27,854 nucleotides of DNA from Gammaproteobacteria bacterium (GTDB lineage: Bacteria; Pseudomonadota; Gammaproteobacteria; Steroidobacterales; GCA-2729495), in the NCBI GenBank assembly GCA_048550095.1, contig JBLYYV010000100.1, positions 1 through 27,854 on the forward strand. Direction: 5' to 3'. The translations under genes were made by a program, and so were the position numbers. Shown piece after piece: positions 1 to 7,312 of this stretch (the first letter of the stretch is position 1; every line of letters begins with the position of its first letter). Under the pieces are notes generated by a model. That model did no database searches. It was not told where the DNA came from and saw only the letters and a program-made list of their open reading frames with translations.

Positions 1-1217
1 AAAGGCGTGGCTTCGGCCGCGCGGGTCTGCAGCATGCCCGTCAGCGACAGGATGCGCGAGTATCCCAGCGCATCCGCGGGCGTCCATTCGCCGGCGGCCT
101 CGCCGTACACGCCCTTCGTCGCCGCCATCAGCGAGTGCGGGGAACTGAGCCCTTCGACGAACACGCTGCCGGCGCGGAATTGTGTTCTCACTTCGCCGGT
201 CACGAAACGTTGCGACGATTCCAGCAGGCACTCGATGTCGCGGCAGACCGCGTCGAGTTGTTTGCCTTCGTGCACGAAATCGCCATAACTCGCTGCCACA
301 CTGTCTTTGATGCGCGCCTGCAGCGAGCTCAGCGTCAGTTTTTCGAGCTCGCGGTGCGCGGTCAGCAGAACCTCCGCGGCCGGCGCCTCGAATGCCACGC
401 GGCCCTTGGTGCCCAGCACGGTGTCGCCGAGGTGGATGCCCCGGCCGATGCCGAACGGACCGGCGAGCTGCTCCAGCTTTTCGATCAGATCCACCGGGTT
501 CATCTTCTCTCCGTCGATACTGACGGGGATGCCCTGATCGAAACCGATCGAATGCGTTTCAGGCCGCAGGTTTTGCTCGAGCGCGCCGGGCGACAGCACC
601 CAGGCATCCTCGGGGATCGAGCCGAACGAGTCCAGCGTCTCCTTGCCCCCGATCGAAACGCCCCACAGGCCGCGATTGATCGAGTAGTCACCGCTCTTGC
701 TCGGCACGGGAAAGCCGCCGTCCTCCAGGTATTTGACCTGCTCCGCGCGCACGAACGAGTGATCGCGCACGGGCGCCAGGACTTCCAATGCCGGGTTGAT
801 CGTGCGCAGGGCAACTTCGAAACGCACCTGGTCGTTACCCGCCGCCGTGCAGCCGTGCGCGACGGTGTCGCTGCCGCGCGCGGTCGCGATTTCCGCGAGC
901 AGCGTCGCCTGAATTCCGCGCTCCGCGCCCACGCACAGCGGGTAGAGTTGCCCGCGGCGCACATTGCCGGCGATCAGAAACCGAATGACGCGGTCGAAAA
1001 ATTGCTGGCGCGCTTCGACGAGCACATGCTCGAGTGCGCCGAGCGCCATCGCTCGTTCTTCGAGTTCGCGCGCTGCGGTTGCATCGAGACCGCCGGTATT
1101 GATGCATACGGTCACGACCGGACGCCCGTATTTTTCTTTTAGCCACGGCACGCAGAAGGACGTATCGAGGCCGCCGGAAAAAGCGAGGATGATCGGGGAG
1201 TCGGTTTGATCGGTCAT
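1..1217 (-). CDS. argG: Argininosuccinate synthase, 3' end runs off the window; absent from the ORF track
   Basis: Manual translation from the ATG at 1217 gives MTDQTDSPIILAFSGGLDTSFCVPWLKEKYGRPVVTVCINTGG, containing the ArgG AFSGGLDTS ATP-binding motif. The window-edge sequence reads in the same frame (EWTPADALGYSRILSLTGMLQTRA). Lies directly downstream of argR. Confidence 0.95.
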   Translation of the reverse strand, partial: MTDQTDSPIILAFSGGLDTSFCVPWLKEKYGRPVVTVCINTGGLDATAARELEERAMALGALEHVLVEARQQFFDRVIRFLIAGNVRRGQLYPLCVGAERGIQATLLAEIATARGSDTVAHGCTAAGNDQVRFEVALRTINPALEVLAPVRDHSFVRAEQVKYLEDGGFPVPSKSGDYSINRGLWGVSIGGKETLDSFGSIPEDAWVLSPGALEQNLRPETHSIGFDQGIPVSIDGEKMNPVDLIEKLEQLAGPFGIGRGIHLGDTVLGTKGRVAFEAPAAEVLLTAHRELEKLTLSSLQARIKDSVAASYGDFVHEGKQLDAVCRDIECLLESSQRFVTGEVRTQFRAGSVFVEGLSSPHSLMAATKGVYGEAAGEWTPADALGYSRILSLTGMLQTRAAEATP

Positions 1218-1266
1218 TGCTGCGTACCTTGCATGTATGGCGCTTTGAATCGCGCGCCGCTGACGG

Positions 1267-1749
1267 TTATTGCGTCGTTCGGTTGTCCAGTTGCTCGCGC
1301 AGTTTAGCGACGAGCCTGCGTTGTTCGATAACACTTCGTGTCGCGACGAAGATCGAGTCGTCGCCGGACAGCGTGCCGACGATCTCGGGCCAGCCCGTGC
1401 GGTCGAGATAGACGGCCACCCGCTGCGCCGCCCCGACCGCCGTCTTGACGATGGTCAGGTTGTCGCCGGCCGTGTCGATCTCTCGGACGAACTCGCCGAG
1501 CAGCGTCAGTTCGCGGTGGTTCGATCGGGTGACCGATTGAGCGGCTTCGTCCGCCGGCGACGCATAGCCATCGTCCAGCTTGGTGACGCCCAGCGCCTTC
1601 AGGTCCCGGCTGACGCTGGACTGCGTCGCCTCGATCCCGCGCGAGCGCAGTCGCTCCACCAGCTGCGTCTGGCGGGCTACCGGTTCCGTCCGGATGATCT
1701 CGAGGATCGCCTCCTGACGCTTCCGGCCGATGTCGGATCTGGCTGGCAT
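1267..1749 (-). CDS. argR: Arginine repressor (about 160 aa; start reassigned to the ATG at 1749)
   Basis: Winged-helix N-terminus RQEAILEII..Q..LVERL..GIEATQSSVSRDL and C-terminal arginine-binding GTLSGDDSIFV. The ORF-track extension to 1971 overlaps the opposite-strand esterase. Confidence 0.95.
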   Translation of the reverse strand: MPARSDIGRKRQEAILEIIRTEPVARQTQLVERLRSRGIEATQSSVSRDLKALGVTKLDDGYASPADEAAQSVTRSNHRELTLLGEFVREIDTAGDNLTIVKTAVGAAQRVAVYLDRTGWPEIVGTLSGDDSIFVATRSVIEQRRLVAKLREQLDNRTTQ

Positions 1750-1753
1750 GTCA

Positions 1754-1791
1754 ATATTATGCGCATAAATAATTAAGGATGCGCATAATAT
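1754..1791. promoter_or_regulatory. 13-bp perfect inverted repeat upstream of argR; probable ArgR operator (ARG-box-like)
   Basis: ATATTATGCGCAT (1754-1766), 12-bp AT-rich spacer, then ATGCGCATAATAT (1779-1791), starting 5 bp upstream of the argR start codon. Confidence 0.6.
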
Positions 1792-1864
1792 CACTAACAC
1801 GCTCGAAGTCAATCGCCAGTTGCTAGTATTCGCGCTTTGTGAAACCCGGCACGGAGCGCATTGC

Positions 1865-2530
1865 GTGGCAGAACTGGACACCATCGAACTCGAGACCGGC
1901 CCCAATCCGGCCGCGGCGGTCATCTGGATGCACGGTCTGGGTGCCGATGCGCACGATTTCGAGCCCGTCATCCCGATCCTGGATTTCGGGCCGAGTCGCC
2001 CGGTTCGCTATGTATTCCCCAATGCGCCGGTCCGGCCGGTGACGCTGAACGGCGGGATGGCGATGCGCGCCTGGTACGACCTGATAAGTATGGATCGGAA
2101 CGCGCCCGAGGACGAGGCGGGTATCCGTGACAGCGCGGTCGGCATCGACGCCTTGATCGAGCGCGAAGTCGAGCGCGGTATCGCATCCTCCCAGATCGTC
2201 ATGGCCGGTTTCTCGCAGGGCGGCGCGATGGCTTTGTTCACGGCGTTGCGCTATGCGCAGCCCCTGGCCGGCATCCTCGCGCTGTCGACTTACCTGCCGC
2301 TTGCCGCCGCCGTATTCCAGGAGCGCACGGACGCGAATGCCCGGCTGCCTATCTTCATGGGGCATGGCGTAGTCGACGATGTGGTGCCGATCAATTTCGC
2401 GCGCAATTCACGCAAGCGACTGACGCAGCTCGGGCACGAGGTCGAATGGCGCGAGTATCCGATGCCGCATTCGGTGTCGCCCGATGAATTGCTGCACATC
2501 AAGGCCTTCCTCGATCGCGTACTGGCTTGA
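1865..2530 (+). CDS. Phospholipase/carboxylesterase family alpha/beta hydrolase
   Basis: WMHGLGAD, PNAPVRPVTLNGGMAMRAWYD, nucleophile elbow GFSQGG, HGVVDDVVP and C-terminal PHSV catalytic His. GTG at 1865 follows a GGAG SD-like element. Confidence 0.92.
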   Translation: MAELDTIELETGPNPAAAVIWMHGLGADAHDFEPVIPILDFGPSRPVRYVFPNAPVRPVTLNGGMAMRAWYDLISMDRNAPEDEAGIRDSAVGIDALIEREVERGIASSQIVMAGFSQGGAMALFTALRYAQPLAGILALSTYLPLAAAVFQERTDANARLPIFMGHGVVDDVVPINFARNSRKRLTQLGHEVEWREYPMPHSVSPDELLHIKAFLDRVLA

Positions 2531-2543
2531 TCGCAGGTTCCGG

Positions 2544-3491
2544 TCAGGTGTTCTCGTCGAGCGGGCGCGGCAGCCGCATCGGCGAGTCCGGTAATCCGAG
2601 ACTCTCGAGCGACGGGCCGACGTGATCGTCGAACCATGCTTCGATGAGCCGGTAGGCGATCGAGACTTTCGGCGGGAGGATGATCTTCCGCTCGGCGATA
2701 TCTTCGCGACTTACCCAGCATGCCTCCGCCAGTTCTTCGTCGTTGCAAACGATGTCGGTGGACATTGCCGTCGCATGAAAGCCGATCATGATGGCCGCCG
2801 GAAACGGCCATGGCTGCGAGGCCAGGTAGCGACACTCTGCGACTTTTATATTCGTCTCTTCATGGACCTCGCGCCGCAAGGCGTCCTCGAGACTTTCGCC
2901 CGGTTCGACGAATCCGGCAATCGTCGAGAAGCGATTTTCAGGCCAGCTTGCCTGGCGGCCGAGCAGGCAACGTTCGCCATCGCCGACGAGCACGATGATC
3001 GCCGGGTCGAGGCGCGGAAAGCTGCGGTGGCTGCAATCGGGATCGGCGCACTCCATGACGAAACCCGCTTCGAGGAGGCGATTCCGTGAGCCACAAACCC
3101 CGCAGTAACGGTGCCGCTCCTGCCACGCGACCATCGCCCTCGCATACGCGGCGAGTGCCGCATCCTGAGCGAGCAAGCGCCCCGATGCCTCGCGCAGCCT
3201 GATGAATTCGCCGCGTCCTCCGGTCCAATTCTTGTCGTCCACGGCAACGCCGAATACATGCGCCTCGCCGAGTACGCCAAGAAAGGTTAACCGCTCAGGG
3301 TCGCCGATCAGATCGGCGGCGTCGTCGCGACTCAGCAACGCGAGTCGCTCGTTTTCGATCAGGAATCGGTCGTCGAGGACGGGGACGATCCTGCTCGACG
3401 ATCGTCGCAATGCCTCGTCGAGTGCCGCGGGTTGCGTACGCAGTTCGCTGCATCGGTCGATGTACTGGCCGGAAAAGACGATCGCATCCAT
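2544..3491 (-). CDS. nudC: NAD(+) diphosphatase / NAD-cap decapping Nudix hydrolase (start reassigned to the ATG at 3491)
   Basis: Zn ribbon YCGVCG...MEC...C, FPRLDPAIIV, Nudix box GFVEPGESLEDALRREVHEET and the NudC signature SQPWPFP. Confidence 0.95.
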   Translation of the reverse strand: MDAIVFSGQYIDRCSELRTQPAALDEALRRSSSRIVPVLDDRFLIENERLALLSRDDAADLIGDPERLTFLGVLGEAHVFGVAVDDKNWTGGRGEFIRLREASGRLLAQDAALAAYARAMVAWQERHRYCGVCGSRNRLLEAGFVMECADPDCSHRSFPRLDPAIIVLVGDGERCLLGRQASWPENRFSTIAGFVEPGESLEDALRREVHEETNIKVAECRYLASQPWPFPAAIMIGFHATAMSTDIVCNDEELAEACWVSREDIAERKIILPPKVSIAYRLIEAWFDDHVGPSLESLGLPDSPMRLPRPLDENT

Positions 3492-3537
3492 CCGGCGACA
3501 ATGCCGAATCGGGGTGATCGACACAAGAATGCAGAGC

Positions 3538-4104
3538 TCAGTTTCTGCGGCACTGGTCCTTGTACTCGCAGAGTGGGCAGCGCTCATAGTCCAGCGCGTA
3601 AGTATCCTGCACGTAAGGACCCCGGCAAGACTGGCACCAGGCGAGGCACAGTTCTCCGGTCTCGATCAGCGCGTGATAGAGATTCCAGCTCCATTCGAAA
3701 GAAAACTGCGGCTCGGGCACGAGATGCACATAGGTCTCGAATGCCTGGCAGACCCGTGCTCCGAGCGAAACGCGGTCGAGATCACGCAGCGGGGCTGGGC
3801 GCCGGTCGTCGTTCAGTTGAAATACGGAACAGCAGCCGAACAGGCAAGCGAGAATCGTGGCGTCCGTTTGTCGGCGTGAGCAATCGACGAATCGCGCGAT
3901 CTGGCGCGGCGATTTCCCGCGCCGTCGCTTGACGTCGTGCTGGCCAGCACCGCTGAAGTAGGTGCCATAGAGTTTGCGTATCCGATCCTCGGTAAAACCC
4001 GTGCACGAACGGATCGTGCCGGTCCTCGCCTCATGGCGGATCATCCGCACCGCCAGGTCGAATTTCTCGATTTCTCCCGTGTAGCGATCGTCCGTTACGC
4101 GCAT
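3538..4104 (-). CDS. FlhC-family transcriptional activator-like protein, 188 aa (target genes unknown)
   Basis: LAVRMIRHEARTGTIRSCTGFTEDRIRKLY aligns ungapped to E. coli FlhC [30 protein letters not shown] (recalled). GKSP, QAFETY and WNL..LIETGEL follow the FlhC pattern. Zn site C157-x2-C160...C176-x2-C179. AGGAG SD upstream of the ATG at 4104. Confidence 0.8.
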   Translation of the reverse strand: MRVTDDRYTGEIEKFDLAVRMIRHEARTGTIRSCTGFTEDRIRKLYGTYFSGAGQHDVKRRRGKSPRQIARFVDCSRRQTDATILACLFGCCSVFQLNDDRRPAPLRDLDRVSLGARVCQAFETYVHLVPEPQFSFEWSWNLYHALIETGELCLAWCQSCRGPYVQDTYALDYERCPLCEYKDQCRRN

Positions 4105-4160
4105 TTGCCAATCTCCTGAGTTTTCGGGGAAATGCGCCTGACGGCCAAATCCCTGCGTAA

Positions 4161-4200
4161 TTGTCGTTTTATGGTTTAATAAACCCATATATAGTATATC
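4161..4200. promoter_or_regulatory. AT-rich divergent promoter core between the FlhC-like and FlhD-like genes
   Basis: Overlapping -10-like hexamers TAGTAT (+, 4192-4197) and TATACT (-, 4198-4193). Imperfect inverted repeat TATGG-TTTA A TAAACCCATA at 4170-4189. No clear -35 elements. Confidence 0.4.
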
Positions 4201-4228
4201 TGTCGAGCAAGGGTAGGGGGAAACCAGA

Positions 4229-4846
4229 ATGCAATGCAAGTCTCCGGATACGCACATCTACGCTGAGCTGACGTCGCTAAACGCCGGCTTGCTTCGAATT
4301 CTCGTCTGGCAGGATCCGCGGGATACGCATGGCCAGCCGCGCCTGGCGCCGGAAATAGCGCTGCAGCTCCGTGGACTCACGCGGGAGCAACTCGCCTTTA
4401 TCGCCGGCACGCCCGCGTTGCTGGCCGGTTTCGTGCCATCGGCTGAAGCCGATCCGGCCGACCGTGTCGCTGATTCGGGCGCGTTCGCGCATCAGTACAT
4501 GCCTTCTGATCCGGTCGCCATCACGGCCGGCGCGCCCCGGCTGGCGGTCGACGAATGGTTGCGACTGACCCGCGTCTTTACCGCGACGCTGCTCACGTGG
4601 CTGTGGAAATCCGACCAGCACGATGAGTTGGTTCGTGCGTTGTGCATCGGCTGTGGGGAAAAGCTCCCGCAACTCAGCGTGCGCCGCATCGAGTCTCTCG
4701 CCACGGACGCGGCGCCGCGGTTGCGCGTGCGCTTTGCCGGGCATCCGCGCTTCTGGTCCGATCTGATCGCCGCCGCCCGGTCGGCGGATCCTCAGTTCCG
4801 CGCGCTGTCGCGATTGGCGGTTATACCGCTCGTATTGGCCGAGTGA
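4229..4846 (+). CDS. FlhD-like protein, 205 aa, apparently two tandem FlhD-like repeats
   Basis: Repeat 1: ELTSLN...LAPEIALQLRGLTREQLAFIAGTPALLAGF. Repeat 2: FTATLLTWLWKSDQHDELVRALCIG...LPQLSVRRIESLATDAAPRLRVRF. Both follow E. coli FlhD [25 protein letters not shown]...[24 protein letters not shown] (recalled). Adjacent to an FlhC-like gene; AGGGGG SD. Confidence 0.6.
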   Translation: MQCKSPDTHIYAELTSLNAGLLRILVWQDPRDTHGQPRLAPEIALQLRGLTREQLAFIAGTPALLAGFVPSAEADPADRVADSGAFAHQYMPSDPVAITAGAPRLAVDEWLRLTRVFTATLLTWLWKSDQHDELVRALCIGCGEKLPQLSVRRIESLATDAAPRLRVRFAGHPRFWSDLIAAARSADPQFRALSRLAVIPLVLAE

Positions 4847-4901
4847 CGTCTCGACTGAATAAGGTTGGATTGCGGGGGCCCGCGTAGGACAATGCGCGCC
4901 C

Positions 4902-5849
4902 ATGCACGCACTCTCGATCAGAAACCTGACCAAGGTCTATAAGAACGGTATTCAGGCCCTGAAGGGAATCGATCTGGACGTTGCCGAGGGCGATTTCTTC
5001 GCCCTGCTCGGGCCGAATGGCGCCGGGAAGACGACCGCGATCGGCATCATCACGTCGCTCGTAAACAAGAGCGCAGGCGAGGTGCGGGTATTCGGTCACA
5101 GCCTCGATTCGGCGCCGAATGCGGTCAAGGCGAGCATCGGGGTCGTGCCGCAGGAGATCAACCTGAATCAGTTCGATCAGGTCGAGAATTGTGTCGTCAA
5201 CCAGGCCGGTTTTTACGGCATTCCGCCTCACGAGGCGCAGCAACGCGCCAAGGTGATTCTGGAGCAGCTCTCCCTGTGGGACCGGCGCGACGATATCGCC
5301 CGTAACCTGTCCGGCGGCATGAAACGCAGGCTGATGATCGCTCGCGCGCTGGTGCATCAACCCAGGTTGTTGATCCTGGATGAGCCGACCGCGGGCGTCG
5401 ACATCGAAATTCGTCGATCGATGTGGCGCTTCCTGCGGGAACTCAACGAGTCGGGCACCACGATCATCCTGACCACGCATTACCTGGAAGAGGCAGAGAG
5501 CCTGTGTCGGCATGTCGCGATTATCGATGGCGGCGAAGTGATCCAGAATCATCCGATGGACGAGTTTCTCCGCACGCTCAAACAGCAGAACTTCATCGTC
5601 AACACCCGGGATCCGGTCGCCGCCGTCCCGGTGCTGGATGGCTGTGTCCTTTACAAGCGCAAAGATTACGAACTGGAGCTCGCGGTCCAGCGCGACCATG
5701 ACCTGAACGATGTGTTCGCGGCGTTGACGAAATCCGGCGTGCGCATCGTCAGTATGCGCAACAAAACCAATCGCCTGGAAGAGTTGTTCTTCAACCTGAC
5801 AGATCGCAGCGACCGGGTCGCGGCGATCGAGCCGGAGTCGGAAGCGTGA
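4902..5849 (+). CDS. yadG: ABC-2 type transporter ATP-binding subunit (YadG-like)
   Basis: Walker A GPNGAGKT, signature LSGGMKRR, Walker B LLILDEP, and C-terminal SMRNKTNRLEELF typical of YadG. Confidence 0.9.
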   Translation: MHALSIRNLTKVYKNGIQALKGIDLDVAEGDFFALLGPNGAGKTTAIGIITSLVNKSAGEVRVFGHSLDSAPNAVKASIGVVPQEINLNQFDQVENCVVNQAGFYGIPPHEAQQRAKVILEQLSLWDRRDDIARNLSGGMKRRLMIARALVHQPRLLILDEPTAGVDIEIRRSMWRFLRELNESGTTIILTTHYLEEAESLCRHVAIIDGGEVIQNHPMDEFLRTLKQQNFIVNTRDPVAAVPVLDGCVLYKRKDYELELAVQRDHDLNDVFAALTKSGVRIVSMRNKTNRLEELFFNLTDRSDRVAAIEPESEA

Positions 5850-6619
5850 CCCCGCGCCAGCAACTGGTTGCGCTGTATACGCTGGTGCGCAAGGAGATGA
5901 GCCGCGTCACGCGCATCTGGGTACAAACGATCGTGCCGCCTATCATCACCATGTCGCTCTACTTTCTGATCTTCGGCAACCTGATCGGTCGCCGCATCGG
6001 CCAGATGGACGGCTTCGACTACATGCAGTACATCGCGCCCGGCTTGATCATGATGTCGGTCATCCAGAATTCTTACGGCAACGTCGTGTCGTCGTTCTTC
6101 GGCGCGAAGTTTCAACGACATCTCGAAGAAATGCTCGTTTCACCGATGCCGACCTACGCCATTATCCTCGGCCATGTTGCCGGCGGCGTACTCCGCGGGT
6201 TGATGGTGGGTTTCATCGTCACGCTGATCGCGCTGTTTTTCACCGACTTGAAAGTCTCGAACGCGTTGATCACGTTGAGCATCGTGATCCTGACGGCCGT
6301 CGTATTTGCGCTGGCTGGACTGATTAACGCGATCTTCGCTCGCAAGTTCGACGATATTTCGATCATTCCGTCTTTCGTACTGGCGCCGCTGACCTATCTC
6401 GGTGGCGTGTTCTATTCGATTACGTTGCTGCCCGATTTCGCGCAGAAACTGTCGTTGCTGAACCCGATCCTGTACATGGTGAACGCGTTTCGCTACGGCA
6501 TGCTGGGCGTTTCGGATATCGAAATCGGCCGCGCCTATGCGATCATTTTCGTCTTCATCGCCGTATTGTTCGGCGCGAGCATGGTCCTGATGAAGAAGGG
6601 TATCGGGATCAGGGAGTAG
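5846..6619 (+). CDS. yadH: ABC-2 type transporter permease (YadH-like)
   Basis: Multiple hydrophobic helices; QTIVPPIIT, PGLIMMSVIQNSYGNVVSSFF and PLTYLGGVFYS. GTGA start/stop overlap with the ATPase gene. Confidence 0.9.
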   Translation: MTPRQQLVALYTLVRKEMSRVTRIWVQTIVPPIITMSLYFLIFGNLIGRRIGQMDGFDYMQYIAPGLIMMSVIQNSYGNVVSSFFGAKFQRHLEEMLVSPMPTYAIILGHVAGGVLRGLMVGFIVTLIALFFTDLKVSNALITLSIVILTAVVFALAGLINAIFARKFDDISIIPSFVLAPLTYLGGVFYSITLLPDFAQKLSLLNPILYMVNAFRYGMLGVSDIEIGRAYAIIFVFIAVLFGASMVLMKKGIGIRE

Positions 6620-6631
6620 TCGCGGCGTCTT

Positions 6632-7312
6632 ATGTGTGGAAGATTCGCTTTTTATTCGCCGCACGAGGCCGTCCAGGATGTCTTCGGCGTGACTTTCCCG
6701 GCGCCGCTGGAACCGCGCTATAACATCGCCCCGAGCAGTTTCATCGTCGCGTTACGAGCGGGTAGCGAGGAGACGATCGAACCCGCGATGCTGAAGTGGG
6801 GCCTGGTGCCCTCATGGGCGAAGGACCCGGCGATCGGCAACCGCATGATCAACGCGCGCGCCGAGACGGCGCACGAGAAGCCGTCGTTCCGCGCGGCATT
6901 CAAGCGCCGGCGCTGCATCATCCTGGCGGACGGCTTTTACGAATGGCATCGTGAGGGTGAGCACAAGACTCCGTATTTCATTGCCCTGCCGGAGCGACGT
7001 CCGTTTGCGATGGCCGGACTCTGGGAGCACTGGCAGGGGAGCGAAGGATCGGAGTTGCAGACCTGCGCAATTCTGACAACCGCTGCGAACGCTGTGATGA
7101 AACCCCTGCACGACCGGATGCCTATCATTCTGCCGCCCGAAGACGCGCGGCGCTGGTGCGGCCATGCGGCCGACGACCGGGCTGCGGCTGGTCGATGCCT
7201 GGCTCAGAACGAGAATGACCGGCTGGTGCACTGGCCCGTATCGACGGTCGTCAACAACCCGCGCAACGACGGTCCGGATCTCGTTGAACCGGCTCCGCCG
7301 AGCGAGGGCTAG
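6632..7312 (+). CDS. SOS response-associated peptidase (SRAP/HMCES/YedK family) abasic-site-binding protein
   Basis: N-terminal MCGRF with catalytic Cys2, PRYNIAP, WGLVPSW, INARAET, GFYEW, HDRMP and C-terminal VNNPRN. Confidence 0.95.
   Translation: MCGRFAFYSPHEAVQDVFGVTFPAPLEPRYNIAPSSFIVALRAGSEETIEPAMLKWGLVPSWAKDPAIGNRMINARAETAHEKPSFRAAFKRRRCIILADGFYEWHREGEHKTPYFIALPERRPFAMAGLWEHWQGSEGSELQTCAILTTAANAVMKPLHDRMPIILPPEDARRWCGHAADDRAAAGRCLAQNENDRLVHWPVSTVVNNPRNDGPDLVEPAPPSEG

Noticed and set aside
1750-1971. ORF-track 5' extensions of argR, and likewise of nudC (3492-3587), the FlhC-like gene (4105-4257) and DUF4399 (14838-14867)
   Set aside because: The extensions overlap opposite-strand genes or promoter regions and carry no family motifs. 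Downstream starts match the family N-termini.
4184-4203. TA-rich run resembling a LexA box (CTG-N10-CAG)
   Set aside because: The CTG/CAG ends are not in the required positions on either strand.
3538-4846. Reading the FlhC/FlhD-like pair as SetCD/AcaCD of an integrated conjugative element
   Set aside because: No integrase, tra genes, att repeats or phage-type repressor in the window, and the flanking genes are housekeeping.
3538-4846. Assigning the gene symbols flhC and flhD
   Set aside because: Family resemblance is good, but the divergent layout, doubled FlhD and lack of flagellar context do not support orthology of function.
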